From positions 10,974,001 through 11,038,000 of the forward strand of contig OX597840.1 of assembly GCA_951406725.2 (NCBI GenBank): a stretch of 64,000 nt of DNA, given 5' to 3'. The notes beneath the pieces are model-generated. The model searched no databases and had not been told where the DNA came from. It was given only the letters and a program-made list of their open reading frames with translations. This stretch comes from Octopus vulgaris (Eukaryota). Within the stretch, counting starts at the first letter, position 1. The number at the start of each line of letters is the position of its first letter. A program made the position numbers and the translations under genes. Positions 47,601-62,046 of this stretch are shown here, piece by piece.

Positions 47601-48033
47601 AAGAAATTTGATAACGAGGTATTGATTAGCACCGGATATTTTAATTAGCTATAAAAATACCAAACATAAATCTGTTATTTCTTCTGAAATACCAGGGTAA
47701 CTTAAGACTTCTGAAAGGAAATTAGGGTTAGGGAAATATTTCTATTACTCAATACAAGCAAAATAACGGCCAACTAAAAGGTCTAGGGGATTTAGGACAA
47801 ACTTATGAAAATGATTAGGACAAGCAAAAAGTGAAGGATCTACTCTGGGAATGCAGAGTTTATTTTTTATATTTAAATACTGCAATAAGCAAGGAAAAGA
47901 AAATTGATAACGAGGTATTGATTAGCACCACATATTTTAATTAGCTATAAAAATACCAAACATAAATCTGTTATTTCTTCTGAAAACTTCAACCGGCAGG
48001 AAAAAAACGGTCTATATATCAGCAGCTGCTTCC

Positions 48034-48110
48034 TTAATTCAGATATTTAGCGTGATGCTTAATGTGGTCACCAATAAAGACGCGATGAAGTAGTAACTGT
48101 GGTCGTAGCC
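48034..48110 (-). CDS. ESD: ESD copy 2 exon 9 (1-nt homopolymer deletion)
   Basis: Matches 28572-28649 minus one A. Confidence 0.88.
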
Positions 48111-51100
48111 CTGAAAATAGAAGATGGACATTTGAGGCAGGAACAGTGTTGTTTTATAACCAACCGATTCCCCATATTTTGAAGTGCATTTACTGTATCC
48201 CAGTGGGGCATTTCCTGGATTAAGTTGTGGTTTTCGGGGGTTGTGGATCTATGGGCACTGTGGTTCATAGTCCAGAAATTACGGGACACGAATGTATGTA
48301 ATTTTTTTCCATGCTGATAATCCTGCATTTTACAGGGGACGGCAAATCATCGAAAAAAACTGTAAGGGGACCAGCATGTAAAATTTCCTTGTTGATAATC
48401 CTGGATTTTACAGGGGACGGCAAATCATCGAAAAAAACTGTAAGGGGACCAGCACGTAAAATTTCCATGTTGATAATCCTGCATTTTACAGGGGATGGCA
48501 AATCATCGAAAAAAACTGTAAGGGGACCAGAATGTAAAATTTTCATGTTGATAATCCTGCATTTTACAGGGGACAGCAAATCATCGAAAAAAAAATGTAA
48601 GGGGACCAGCACGTAAAATTTTTGAAAAGTTTAAGAACCACTGCTTTGACCCCTCCAACACTTGATTTAAGGCCCTTTTAAATACTGCACAAACACACAC
48701 ACACACTTAGTCTTAGATCTTCTATCTCTTGAGCAAGTTACTCAGCAACTTCACTAGTGCCTGTAGCATGAGAACAGCACTAAGTATATACTGTAATAGC
48801 TGGTATTAGTTGGAAGGGCAGCATCCAAGCAAAGAAACCATGCCAAGGTTGACATTGGAGCATAAGGCAGCCCTGAAGACTCACTGGATCCAGTCAAACC
48901 ATCCGACCCATGCCAGCATGTAAAAACAGATGTTAATTAACGATGATGACAATTAAGATGACGATGGTGATGATGATGGATCTTCAGCGATTTGGATGAT
49001 AAGGATTCAGTTGTTTGAGTAACTGAACTGGTAAGTGGTCGAGTATTCCACAGACATACATGTATTCCTAATGTATTCCCTCAAGAAGAATCAGAATGGC
49101 AGCAGTGGTGGTGTAAAGCAGTGAGTGATTAAGTCTTTTACTCCCAAAACAAGCAGAACCCTTTTGAAGGACTCCTAGCAAAAGAGAGAGAGATCCTCTA
49201 TGTAGCAAATTGTCCTGTCAGAAATAGCAACCAAATCTCCATCAAATCACACCTTCTGTTATGTATGGAAAGTACACACTAGGAGTGGCTGTGTAGTAAG
49301 TAGCTTGCTTACAAACCACATGGTTCCGGGTTCAGTCCCACTGCGTGGCACCTTGGGCAAGTGTCTTCTACAATAACTTCAGGCCAACCAAAGCCTTGTG
49401 AGTGGATTTGGTGGACGGAAACTTAAAGAAGCCCATCGTGTGCGTGTGTATATATATATATACATATGTGTGTGTGTGTGTCTGTGTGTGTTTGTCCCCC
49501 CCCAACATCACTTGACAACCGATGCTGGTGTGTTTATGTCCCCGTAACTTAGCGGTTCGGCAAAAGATGATGATTTCCAAGTTCTTACCTCTTGTTTCCG
49601 GACTGTGGCTACAACATTTTTCTCCGCAGTAACCTTCTCCAAATTCTCTGTTAATAACTGCTCCTTTAGAAAGTCATCAGCCAAACCCTAAAATACAAAA
49701 TTAAAATCCCAATTAATCCAGACCTAATCTGGTTTCAATCCTAAAATGGAGGAATTACAACCGTGTTTCGTGGTCTGCTACCACAACAGCTCCTTTATAA
49801 GGATCCAGTTAGCTCAAGACATCATCTGGAGGAACCACCTCCGGTTTCGGCCCCTACTCCTCTACCGTTATGACGTGGTGGGACCCCACCTTTCGGAGGT
49901 GTCTTCAGCTCTGGTGTTGGGTGCATGTCTTCTTTCTTCTGTTCCCTGGCCTCTTCGATGTATCATCAGCGAGTGTCAGCCGGTGACGGACTGTCTTGTC
50001 AAATTTCTCCCTTTAAATACCTGCTGATAGGCTCCAGCAGGCAGCCCCAGCAAGTTGTCACATGACACTGTCTCACCTTAACTGACAAGTGAAGGCGCGT
50101 AGTTTTAGCCCGCACTTTTTCTAAATGACCGTCACCTGTCAGTCAGCTTGTCTCACCTAATGATAGCCTCAACTCTACAATACTAAACCAACCTTTTAGC
50201 AGTTACATAATTCAATCAAACCCGACAAATGAAGTGAGTTCATGGCTCGCAGGGTGGCCTGCTGTGGTAACCTTGGATCGTAGGGTGACCCACTGTGCTT
50301 GAGGAGACCTACTGAGTCAAGTACGTCAACATCAAAATAAAAATCAAATGGAAATTGTAGTTACAATACCCATGCCGGTGGCACGTAAAAAGCACTAGCC
50401 AATCATGGCTGTTTGCCAGCCTCCTCTGGCCCGTGTGCCAGTGGCACGTAAAAAGCACGCACAACACTCAGAGTGGTTGGCATTTGGAAGGGCATCTAGC
50501 TGTAGAAACACTGCCAGATCAGACTGGAGCCTGGCGCAGCCTCCTGGCTTCCCAGACCCCAGTTGAACCGTCCAACCCATGCTAGCATGGAAAACGGACA
50601 TTAAACGATGATGATGATGTAATTGGGGGAGGGGGCCAGCCAATTGGATTGACCTCAGTACGAAACTGGTACTTATTTTATCGACCCTGAAAAGATGAAA
50701 GGCAAAGTTGACCTCAGCGGAAACTGAAAGAAGCCCGTCGTATATATGTATATATATATGTATGTGTTTGTGTGTCCGTGTTTGTCCCACCAATATCACT
50801 TGACAACTGATGCTGGTATGTTTACGTCACCGTAACTTAGCGGTTCGGCAAAAGAGACAATGTGCCTGGGTGTGTCTGTGTATCTTTGTAAAATACCTGT
50901 TTTGCAAAGTGGGTCAGAAAGTGATTAACAAGAGTTACCTGGTCAATGAGGATGTCAGCAAATGGACTTCCGTTCTTCTTGATCAAACTACAGGTATCAT
51001 ATTCCTAGGTAAATGAAAAAAAACACATTTAAGAAACAGACTTCAAAACGATCAGTTCTTTAAATATTTCGTGATTAAACCTGGTTGTTTACTGACATGT

Positions 51101-51129
51101 TGCTCTCCTCAAGTTATGTACACCTCTGT

Positions 51130-51164
<35 letters not shown>

Positions 51165-53824
51165 ACGCATGTGTGTCAATGTTCTATTAAATGTGAGATC
51201 ACAATTTGCAGTTCAGCAACAATCAGTGACATCATCGTTTGCAGCTCAGCAAGAATCAATGACATCATCATTTGCAGTTCAGCAACAATCAGTGACATCA
51301 TCATTTGCAGCTCAGCAACAATCAATGACATCATCATTTGCAGTTCAGCAACAATCAGTGACATCATCATTTGCAGTTCAGCAACAATCAGTGACATCAT
51401 CATTTGCAGTTCAGCAACAATCGGTGACATCATCATTTGCAGCTCAGCAACAATCAATGACATCATCATTTGCAGTTCAGCAACAATCGGTGACATCATC
51501 GTTTGCAGCTCAGCAAGAATCCACGATGGTAAGATCAACACAAAAATGTACTCCGTCTGGTGAGAGATAAATATCATTTGATAAACACAATATATGTTTT
51601 TATGTGCTACTATTAATTTTATATGCTGTGAACATGCTAGGCAATATTTCTTAACATGTCTGGTGTCCTAGCAAAACCATCAGGCATTGTGCTATAGGAC
51701 ACCAGACCTGTTCAAAAATACTGTTTGGCATGCTCTCAGCACATGAAACTAATAGTAGCACATAAAAACATATGCTGCTGATGATGATAAAATCTATTAA
51801 TACTTACATGCCAATCATCTTCCTTTTCACCCAAATACCCTGTAAAGGCCTTTTTGCCCCAGTTACATTTCACTGGGTTACAGATTGGGGCAAAGGCACT
51901 CACAGACTTGTACCCTGTTGGATTCTTTAAGGCTATCACCAAGGCACCGTGTCCGCCCATGCTGCAACATAAAGAAGGGGATAATTAGAAGGTAATTACA
52001 TGTACAGGTGTGGTTGAGTGGTAAGAAGTTTGCTTCCCAGCCCCCATGGTTCCAAACATGTGGGGGCCAGGTTCAATCCTACTGACTTCTAAAACAGCCC
52101 TGGGCCAACCAAATCCATGTGAGTAAGGAACACAGAGAAGCTGAAAGATACCTATTTCTTTATTGCCCACAAGGGGCTAAACATAGAGGGGACAAACAAG
52201 GACAGACAAACGGATTAAGCCGATTATATGGACCCCAGTGCGTAACTGGTACTCATTTAATCGACCCCGAAAGGATGAAAGGCAAAGTCGACCTCGGCGG
52301 AATTTGAACTCAGAACGTAACGGTAGACAAAATACAGCTACACATTTCGCCCGGCGCGCTAACGTTTCTGCCAGCTCACCGCCATTAAGAAGGTAATTAC
52401 AGGTACAGGTGTGGTTGAGTGGTAAGAAGTTTGCTTCCCAACCCCATGGTTCCAGGTTCAGTCCCATTACCTGGCAGATTGGGTGAATGTCTTCTACTAT
52501 AGCCTCAGGGAGATCAAACCCTTGAGTGGATTTGGGAGACAGAAACTAAACGAAGCCCATTGTATATATGTTTGTTGTTTCTTTACTGCCCACAAGGGGC
52601 TAGACACGGAGGGGACAAACAGGGACAGACAAATGGATTAAGTTGATTAACTGGTACTTAATTTATCGACTCCGAAAGGATGAAAGGCAAAGTCGACCTC
52701 GGCGGAATTTGAACTCAAAAATTTAACGGCAGACAAAATACGTTTTTTTTTTCTGCCCACAAGGGGCTAAACACACAAAGTACAAACAAGGACAGACAAA
52801 GGGATTAAGTCGATTATATCGACCCCAGTGCGTAACTGGTACTTAATTTATCGATCCTGAAAGGATGAAAGGCAAAGTCGACCTCGGCGGAATTTGAACT
52901 CAAAATTTAACGGCAGACAAAATACCTTTTTCTTTACTGCCCACAAGGCCCACAGAGAGGACAAACAAGGACAGACAGACGGATTAAGTTGATTATATCG
53001 ACCCTAGTGCGTCACTGGTACTTAATTTGTTCCCTCTATGTTTAGCCCCTTTTGGGTAGTAAAGAAATAGGTATTTTGTCTGCCGTTACGTTCTGAGTTC
53101 AAATTCTGCCGAGTCGACTGCCTTTCATCCTTTCGAGTTCGATAAATTAAGTACCAGTTACGCACTGAGATCGATGTAATCGATTTAATCCGTTTGTCTG
53201 CCTTGTTTCTTCCCTCTATGATTAGCCCCTTTTGGGTAGTAAAGAAATAGGTATTTCGTCTGCCGTTACGTTCTGAGTTCAAATACCACCGAGGTCGACT
53301 TTGCCTTTCATCCTTTCAGGGTAGATAAATTAAGTACCAGTTACGCACTGGGGTCGATGTAATCGATTTAATCCATTTGTCTGTCCTTGTTTGTTCCCTC
53401 TATGTTTAGCCCCTTTTGGGTAATAAAGAAATAAGATTCTTAAAATATTTCCTTGGTTGCATTTTCGCAACGCAAACCTGCCCCTACTTGTTTGGACATG
53501 ATCTTGCCAGGAAGAATCGGACTGAGCATACGGCATGTTCAGTAGGGGGTCGACACCCGTAGCGAACAGTCGCATAGGGTCCTTCTGTTCCAGACCGTGA
53601 AAGCTTACCATAAAAGTTTAATCTAAAATCAGTGAAATTTTTTAAAGGCTTTGTTTTTTTTAAGGGGCATGAAGGGACAAGGATTGGCAAAGGGTCAAAG
53701 AAAAGAAATTTCTGACTCACCTATGGCCAGAAATGGATTTCTTTTCTGGTAAGACTGGGAAGTTGGATTCTATCAATTTTGGCAGCTGAAATACATCAAA
53801 ATCACGGTTTGTTACACATGAATC

Positions 53825-53876
<52 letters not shown>

Positions 53877-54405
53877 TAGCAGTATCGCCCGGCGTTGCTC
53901 GGGTTTGTAAGAAATAACTATATAAGCATTTTAGAGGTTACTTCCCTTATATAATGCAAAAAATGCATTAAAAAAACGAAAAAAAATGATGGTAAATATT
54001 TTTAAAATCATAGACTCATCGTAGACGCACGCTAATACCCAGAAGGGCTCGAAATGAATCACGACTATAGGATACCCGCTTTTGGTTAAACTGCACCGCA
54101 AAATGTGGGAGTAGTTAGGAATCTAAATCGGAGTAGACAGACACACACACAACTTCAGTTTTATATATAAAGATGACATGAAATAAAGGTGGTGGTGGTG
54201 GTGGTGGTGATGGTGGTAAAATGTTGTAAAATGGTAGAACTTACTTCTTTGACAATGTAAGAATACATTCGGTAGTTGGTGCTCCATTTTGGTTGAGTTG
54301 CATCCACATAGAAACCAGCACCGGAACCAAAGTCATAGCTATCATCTTCACCCTCAATGTTACAGCCCCCTGTAAAACATGAAGGACAACAATAATACAA
54401 ACAAC

Positions 54406-54436
<31 letters not shown>

Positions 54437-54947
54437 ATATATACATCATCATCGTTTAACGTCCATTTTCCATGCTAGCATGGGTTGGACGGTTCGACCG
54501 GGATCTGGGAAGCCAGGAGGCTGCACCAGGCTCCTGCCTGATCTGACAGTGTTTCTACAGCTGGATGCCCTTCCTAATGCCAACCACTCTGTGAGTGTAG
54601 TGCGTGCTTTTTACGTGCCACCGCCACAGTGGCCAAAGGAGGCTGCCAAACAGCCACGATCGACTGGTGCTTTTTACGTGTCGCCGACACGAATGCCAAT
54701 CAAGTGGCGCTGGCATCTGCCACGTTCTAATGGTGCTTTTTACATGCCACCGGCACAGGGCTCACAACTACAATTTCCATTTGACTTTTATTTTGATATT
54801 GTTGATGTCCTTGACTCAATAGGTCTCTTCAAGAACAGTGGGGTCACTCTACGATCCAAGGTTAACACAGCAGGCCGTCCTGCGAGCCATGAACTCACTT
54901 CATTTGTCAGTGTGTTTGTCTCCATCTTCCATTCCTCTTACATATAA

Positions 54948-54998
<51 letters not shown>

Positions 54999-56652
54999 AA
55001 TGGATGAATGAAATATCCTTTGTTTACCGTTAACATGGAAAATTCAATAGTTAGTTAGTTAGTTAGTTAATTTTTTGGCTCAAAAAGCAAAAAGCAAGGC
55101 CATGTAGGGGGACATGGAGTTATGTACAGGGAGGGTGTTCATGCAAAGAGTTCAGGCCATTTATGGTCAAGAGAGACTTTGAACCGAGCGGTCGTCGGCA
55201 TCTTCACCATCTCGTCCGGCAGCTTATTCCACGGATCCACAACCCGGACGGAGAAAGCTCTTCTCCTTCGATTGAGATGAAATCGTCGTAGATAGAGCTT
55301 TTCGGAATGACCCCGCAGCCGACGCTCTGGAGCAGGAGTGAAGAACAGCTCTTTCGAGAGGTTACACTTTCCGCTTATGGTATTGTAGGCAAGAATGAGG
55401 TCACCACGGCGTCGTCGTTTTTCTAGAGAATAATGGTCGAGCGTCTTCAGCCTTTCTTCATAAGACAAATTCTTGAGACCAAGAACCATGCGGGTAGCCA
55501 GCTTCTGGACTCTTTCGAGATGCTGTATGTCTTTGAGGAGATAAGGAGAAGAGGCTTGAATCCCATACTCCAATATGGGTCTCACCAGCGTGACATAGAG
55601 CGGTAGGAATATGGCTGCTGTGAGCATTCCGAATGACCATCGAATCAAGAACAGAATTCCGCATGCTTTGTTGGCAGCATGGACGCACTGGGCCGAAGGC
55701 AAAAAGGAGGAATCCACCAAGATACCCAGGTCCTTTACCTGATCGGTCCTCTCCAGCAGCAGACGATCCAGCTCAAAATCAAGTTGAGTTGCAAGAGGAG
55801 AGCCAACAGGCAGATGACAGCACTTTGACACATTCAGACACAGGTCTCATTCGTTAGACCATCTCCAAATTTGGTGGAGGCATCGACGAAGATCCTCTAT
55901 ATCACCGCGAGGAGCGACCAGTTTGACATCATCAATAAACAGTTACCAGGTTAGCAAAATTCACGCAAGTAACAAGGATGTAGCGACCTTTTCACAGGTA
56001 GAAACTCCGGGTTAATGTGCAGTAATTTGTGTAGTATAAGTAAATAAATGGAGTTGAACGCAAATGCAGTTCAAATTCTTTTACTTTCGACATATGTTTC
56101 GAAGACAACATTGGTTTTATTCCAAAGGAATAAACGGTGTACAATGCAATCTTCTCATCAGGAAAGAAAGAGAGCCTATCAAAATTGTTATAATGTCTTG
56201 TTGTTGAGATAGGCTCTCTTTCTTTCCTGATGAGAAGATTGCATTTTACACTGTTTATTCCTTTGGAATAAAACCAATGTTGTCTTCGAAACATATGTCG
56301 AAAGTAAAAGAATTTGAATAACACCTGCGTTCAAATCCATTTATTTACTTATATATATATATATACATATATATATTATATTAAATTAGAGATAAAACTA
56401 CTATTAGGCAAATCAAACAGTGAAAATCATAAGCCAATACATAGGAATAAAATTAATTAAAAAAATATATAAAAAATATAAAATATAAAATTCCAAATTA
56501 AAATATTTAAATTAAAGTTAAAATTTAAAAAATTAAAAAATTTAATATAATTTAATATAATATATATTTATACTATAAAATTAGATTTAATCCTAAATCT
56601 AATTTTTCCCTGTAAATTTGGATTTACTCCCTAATATTATTATTATTATTAT

Positions 56653-56691
<39 letters not shown>

Positions 56692-59360
56692 ATGTATTTG
56701 GTGAAGTAACAGAGGTATTGTTGTATAGAATTGGCTAAAACTGTATACTTACTTGGACTTGTGTCAGGTGCTACAACGATGATGTTGTGTTCTGCTGCAT
56801 ATCTTTGGAAACCAGATTTTGTTACGAAATTCTGCTCAGTACAAGTCAAACCTGGCGGGGAAGAAATTAAAGAGAAATGGTAGAATCAAAAGGAACAAGA
56901 GATGGCAGGGGGACCATAAGGCAAACAACAGTAAGAGGCAAAAATCTAGTCGATTACACTGGCTCACAGTATATGACTGGTACAAATTTTATTGATTCTG
57001 AGAGAAGAAAAATCAAAGTTAACCTAAATAGAATTTTGAACTCCTGGAGATATGCTGTGACTGCAAAGACCCGGGCTGCTTCCTGCACCAGCTCCGCATA
57101 GCCCCTACCCATTCAAAGTACCTTGGATTTCAGAATAACCCGCTGTGCTTCAAGAGACCTGTTGAGTCAAGTACATGAACATCGAAATAAATATCAATGG
57201 ATATAGTAGTTGTGATACTTGTCCCGGTGGCACATGAATAAGCACCATCCAAACGTGGCCAATGCCAGCACCGCCTTGACTGGCATCTGTGCCGGTGGCA
57301 CATAAATAAGCACCATCCGAACATGGCCGATGCCAGACTGCCCTGGCACCTGTGTCGGTGGCACGTAAAAAGCACCCAATACACTCACAGAGTGGTTGGC
57401 GTTAGGAAGGGCATCCAGCTGTAGAAACACTGCCAGATCAGATTGGAGCCTGGTGCAGCCTCCTGGCTTCCCAGATACTCAGTCGAACCGTCCAACCCAT
57501 GCTAGCATGGAAAGCGGACGTTAAACAATGATGATGATGATGATGATGAAAAGGATGAGAGGCAAAGTTGACCTCGGCGGAATTTAAACTCAGAACGTAG
57601 CGACAGACAAGCCGTGGAAACTTTGTCAAATCCATGCCGGTATGGAAAGCGGACATTAAACAATGATGATGAGGATGATAATATATAATCCCAGAACCAT
57701 GTGGTTGCTATGCAAGCTACTTACCACACAGCCACTCCTATGCCTATACACACACACACAAACACGACAGGCTTCTTTTAGCATTAGGCTACCAAATTCA
57801 CTCAAAAGTCTTTAGTCAGCTGGAACTATAGTAGAAGACATTTGCCTAAGGCAGTGCTTTTCAAACTTTTTGCTAGAGCGGAACCCCAAGGAAACATTCC
57901 ACTGGCTCGAGGAACCCCTGTGCAATAATTTAATAGTCTTATGCACACATATCTGCACAGGAGAAATAAAAATTACTGCCGATTTTAGAAGTTTTGTAAC
58001 TTCTTGTAGAACCCCTGGACTGTACTGGCAGAACCCCAAGGTTCCACAGAACCCTGGTTGAAGACCACTGATCCTGGGACCTTGTAGTGGGGAAGCAAAT
58101 TTCTTCCCGCCACAATTTAATGATGATGATGAGGTTTTTGTACCAGAAATGGTCAGTTGTCTCCCCTGCCATCTAACCAAGTACCAGTAATTGAATCAGG
58201 GACTAAGGGAATTAAACTCACCGGAAAGCCAATAGAGCACAGGAAGTTTGCCAAATTCAGATTTCGCAGGTAAATAAATACCGAATTTCATTTCACATTT
58301 CAATTCAGAACTGAAAAGAGAATTTGATTGATAGATGGACAGACGGACAAATGAATAGATAGATGAATAGACAGATAGACAGACAGACAGGCAGACAGAC
58401 ACACAGACATGAATAGATAGATAGAAAGATAGACTGACAGATAGATAGAAAAATAGCTAGCTAGCTAGCTACCTAGATAGATGATAGATAGATAGACAGA
58501 CAGACAGATAGAAAGACAGATATATATAAAGAAAGACAGATTGATTAAAGACAGATAGATATAGACACACAGATAGACAGAGACAGACGGATAGATAAAC
58601 AGATGGATAGACAGATAGACAGACAGACAGACAGATAGACAGGTAGATGGATAGATAGATATAAATAAAAGACATAGAAAGACAGAGAGATATAGACACA
58701 CAATTAGACAGAGACAGACATAGATAAACAGATGGATAGACAGGTAGATAGCCAGGTAGATAGACAGATAGATGGATGGAGATGAGAGAGATAGGTGAGG
58801 GTATCTCCTTTTCTTGACTTCATGCGCTAGTCCTAAAATGGGTGCCCCTGTCATACAAGCAGTGTCATTCACTCCCAATATACTGCAGAAACATGTCTGA
58901 TCATGGGGAAATATTACCTTGTTTGGAAACAACAGAGAGTTGGCGACAGGAAGGGCACCCCAGTCGCAGAAAATCTGCCTCCAATAAACCGCAAGGTGGA
59001 CACTGAATGATAATGATGAATAAAGAATGAACCTGACTTTTATTAAAGTATTTCGCATAGATGTTTGTTACCGCTGGGGATAATGGTGAACCAATTGCTA
59101 TGCCTGCGAAGTGCTGATAAATTACGTTTCAATCTGGAAACAAATATTTCTTCGGCTCGGTCTTAATATCTCCTTGAGGTTTTCAAATGGTATTTAGTGT
59201 GTATACGATTATTTTCGTTGAAATAGGTAAGAAGATAAACAGGTAAAAATGAAAGAAAGGAAGGAAAGAAGGAAGGGTGTTTTATTTACCTGGAATGTTT
59301 GAAGACTTTCTGAAAGCCTCCAAAACATTTGTTCGATGATACCTGTTCAAGATTACTCAT
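48034..59360 (-). CDS. ESD: Esterase D / S-formylglutathione hydrolase, copy 2 (9 coding exons)
   Basis: Exons 59360-59290, 58310-58222, 56851-56753, 54369-54245, 53785-53721, 51961-51808, 51004-50939, 49687-49589, 48110-48034; same peptides as copy 1; last exon 1 nt short (A3 versus A4 at ~48076). Confidence 0.94.
49589..49687 (-). CDS. ESD: ESD copy 2 exon 8
   Basis: Matches 30067-30165. Confidence 0.9.
50939..51004 (-). CDS. ESD: ESD copy 2 exon 7
   Basis: Matches 31423-31488. Confidence 0.9.
51204..51522. repeat. Same 33-bp minisatellite, about 10 units
   Basis: Same flanks as 31694-34306. Confidence 0.97.
51808..51961 (-). CDS. ESD: ESD copy 2 exon 6
   Basis: Matches 34597-34750. Confidence 0.9.
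53721..53785 (-). CDS. ESD: ESD copy 2 exon 5
   Basis: Matches 36354-36418. Confidence 0.9.
54245..54369 (-). CDS. ESD: ESD copy 2 exon 4
   Basis: 125 nt, phase-correct version of 36859-36982. Confidence 0.9.
55050..56030 (-). mobile_element. CR1-clade LINE fragment (duplicate)
   Basis: ORF 55831-55139; same element as 37651-38635. Confidence 0.88.
56084..56166 (-). ncRNA. Type I hammerhead ribozyme motif (duplicate of 38689-38771)
   Basis: Same core and stems. Confidence 0.72.
56222..56304 (+). ncRNA. Type I hammerhead ribozyme motif (duplicate of 38827-38908)
   Basis: Same core and stems. Confidence 0.72.
56753..56851 (-). CDS. ESD: ESD copy 2 exon 3
   Basis: Matches 39359-39457. Confidence 0.9.
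58222..58310 (-). CDS. ESD: ESD copy 2 exon 2
   Basis: Matches 41383-41471. Confidence 0.9.
59290..59360 (-). CDS. ESD: ESD copy 2 coding exon 1
   Basis: Matches 42450-42520. Confidence 0.9.
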
Positions 59361-59746
59361 TATTACTTTCAAACTAAGGAATCTGACAAAAGTAGAAAAG
59401 AAACAAAAGAATACATGAATATTCAAGGAATAATGAGAGCACCTGAGTCATTTAACTATATATATATATACATACAGCATATTGTGTGTGTATATCTGTA
59501 CACATACATACATACATATATATATACATACATACAGACATGGACAGATACAGAGAGTGGGCCAAAAGTCACATTTTATTAACATTAAATTATTATATTA
59601 ATTTTTATTATTATTGCCTTTGCACAGCTTCTAATGCTGGAGGTGTACTACAGTGTCAGCTGTACTACGGTGTCTTGTGAACCTCAAGACAAGAAAGAAT
59701 ATAACGATCGCCCATGTCCAATTTATATTATATATATATATATATA

Positions 59747-60290
59747 TACGAGGGTGAGTCAAAAAGTAATGCCATTTTGTTTAGGACAGGTATAATTACC
59801 AACACAGGAACACGTATCATACATCAAAATGAAGCTGGTCCTCTGTGGATCACGTCCCTACTTCTCAACATAGTCACCGTTTCTCTCAATAGCAATGTTC
59901 CACCTTCGAATGAGAGCATGTATCCCTGCCCCGTGAAATTCTGTTGACTGTTCTTTGAGCCACTTCTTCACTACAAAGTCAAAGAGACAACACCTTCTTT
60001 CAAAGGCTCGTAACAGGTGATGAAACATAAGTACATCATTATGAACCGGAATCAAAGAGGCAGTCAATGGAATGGCACCACTCACCAACACCAAAGACGT
60101 GAAAGTCAGCTGGAAAAATCATGGCGACTGTCTTTTGGGATGCTCAAGATGTCATTCTCGTTGATTTCTTGCCAAAAGGAAAAACAATAAACTCATAATA
60201 AGCTTCATCTTGATGTGTGATACATGTTCCTGTGTTGGTAATTATACCTGTCCTAAACAAAATGGCATTGCTTTTTGACTCACCTTTGTA
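59747..60290. mobile_element. Non-autonomous mariner with ~90-bp inverted ends (gap-truncated copy at 42915-43433)
   Basis: tacgagggtgagtcaaaaagtaatgcc... / ...ggcattgctttttgactcacctttgta with TA flanks; internal VTGDET and MATVFWD (+) and RW...IERNGDYVEK (-). Confidence 0.88.
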
Positions 60291-61099
60291 TATAGGAACA
60301 AAAATATGGACAGAGAAAATTCTTCAATTGTAGAAATCACCTATCAAAGCCGACAATTTTTTCTGTTATATTAACGTATTTTGGTATAGAAAATACATTA
60401 ATATTTCCAAAAATATGTCGACACATTTTCAAGGTGATCCAAAACAACTGAAATTCAAAGGTGATGTTCACTAATTTTGGATTGCCTCGCATACATGTTA
60501 ACATGTATTGCACTTCATCAACAGCAACTATCGCCTATCAACCGCATGCCTAGACAAAACAGTGCCGGTGGACTGGGTAAAAATTTTGGTGCCGGTGTAG
60601 TATGTGATCAATATACATGCTTCTGGTATAGCTTGTGATCTACACCGGCTTTTTGATCTACATCTAAAATTCATCTGTTTACTCAACTTCCGTTTAGTTT
60701 GGTATACTCTTTTACTCTTTTACTTGTTTCAGTCATTTGACTGCAGCCATGCTGGAGCACCGCCTTTAGTCGAGCAACTCGACCCCAGGACTTATTCTTT
60801 GGAAGCCTAGTACTTATTCTATCAGTCTCTTTTGTCGAACCACTAAGTTACGGGGACATAAACACACCAGCATCGATTGTCAAGCGAAGTTGCGAGGACA
60901 AACATATACATACATACACACACATATACGACGGGCTTCTTTCAGTTTCCGTCTACCAAATCCACTCACAAGGCTTTGGTCGGTCCAAGGCTATAGTAGA
61001 AGACATTTGCCCAAGGTGCCACACAGTGGGACTGAACCTGGAACTATGTGGTTGGTAAACAAGCTACTTACCACACAGCAACTCCTGCGCCTATATATA

Positions 61100-61350
61100 T
61101 GTATATAAAATAATAATAAGGTGGCGAGCTGGCAGAATCGTTAGCACGCCGGGCAAAATGCTTAGGGGTATTTTGTCTGCCGTTACATTCTGAGTTCAAA
61201 TTCCGCCGAGGTCGACTTTGCCTTTCATCCTTTCGTGGTCGATAAATAAAGTACCAGTTTCGCACTGGGGTCGATGTAATTGACTTAATCCCTTTGTCTG
61301 TCCTTGTTTGTCCCCTCTGTGTTTAGCCCCTTGTGGGTAGTAAAGAAATA
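61100..61350 (+). mobile_element. tRNA-derived SINE family C (Nin/Deu-like central domain)
   Basis: gcctttcatcctttcg.ggtcgataaa..agtaccag; copies at 2955-3190(-), 34930-35820(-), 52140-53430, 63600-63800. Confidence 0.8.
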
Positions 61351-61825
61351 TATATGTATATAAACTTTTATGATTTAAACATTTTTAGTTCTGAGCCCAT
61401 TGAAAGAAGTTGTGATGAGAGCAAAAGAATTTTACACACAGTGCCAGCCTCGTCTGGCACCTGTGTCGGTGGCACATAAAAAAACACCATCCGAGCGTGA
61501 CCGTCTGCCAGCCTCGTCTGGCACCTGTGTCGGTGGCACATAAAAAAACACCATCCGAGCGTGACCGTCTGCCAGCCTCGTCTGGCACCTGTGTCGGTGG
61601 CACATAAAAAAACACCATCCGAGCGTGACCGTCTGCCAGCCTCGTCTGGCACCTGTGTCGGTGGCACATAAAATCACCCACTACACTCTCGGAGTGGTTG
61701 GCGTTAGGAAGGGCATCCAGCTGTAGAAACACTGCCAGATCAGACTGGAGCCTGGTGCAGCCTTCAGGCTTGCCAGACCCCAGTTGAACCGTCCAACCCA
61801 TGCTAGCATGGAAAACAGACATTAA

Positions 61826-62046
61826 CCCTTTAGCATTTAAACCGGCCATATCTGGCCAAAAGTATTCTGCCTGTTTTATGTTCAAACTGGCCAGATCTGG
61901 TCTCTCACACCAACCCTACAATATCATTTTAAAAATTAACAGCTACCTCATCGAAATCTTATAGCTACAAGATAATGCCTGATTAGTTCAAAGCAATGTA
62001 AATGAAAACGCATTAATTTTGGCAGAATAATGCGAACACTAAAGGG
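61826..62046. mobile_element. piggyBac-like MITE nested in a SINE tail
   Basis: TTAA|CCCTTTAG ... CTAAAGGG|TTAA. Confidence 0.8.

Larger units (their letters stand above)
43534..60263. repeat. Duplicated segment, copy 2
   Basis: Collinear, same orientation and highly similar to 22492-43433, with SNPs, VNTR differences and insertion differences. Confidence 0.95.

Noticed and set aside
28572-59360. ESD gene-family expansion or pseudogene pair
   Set aside because: The duplication is centred on an assembly gap, and the frameshifts are complementary homopolymer indels.
60300-60700. ESD promoter or non-coding first exon
   Set aside because: The acceptor upstream of the ATG implies one exists, but I cannot place it from sequence alone.
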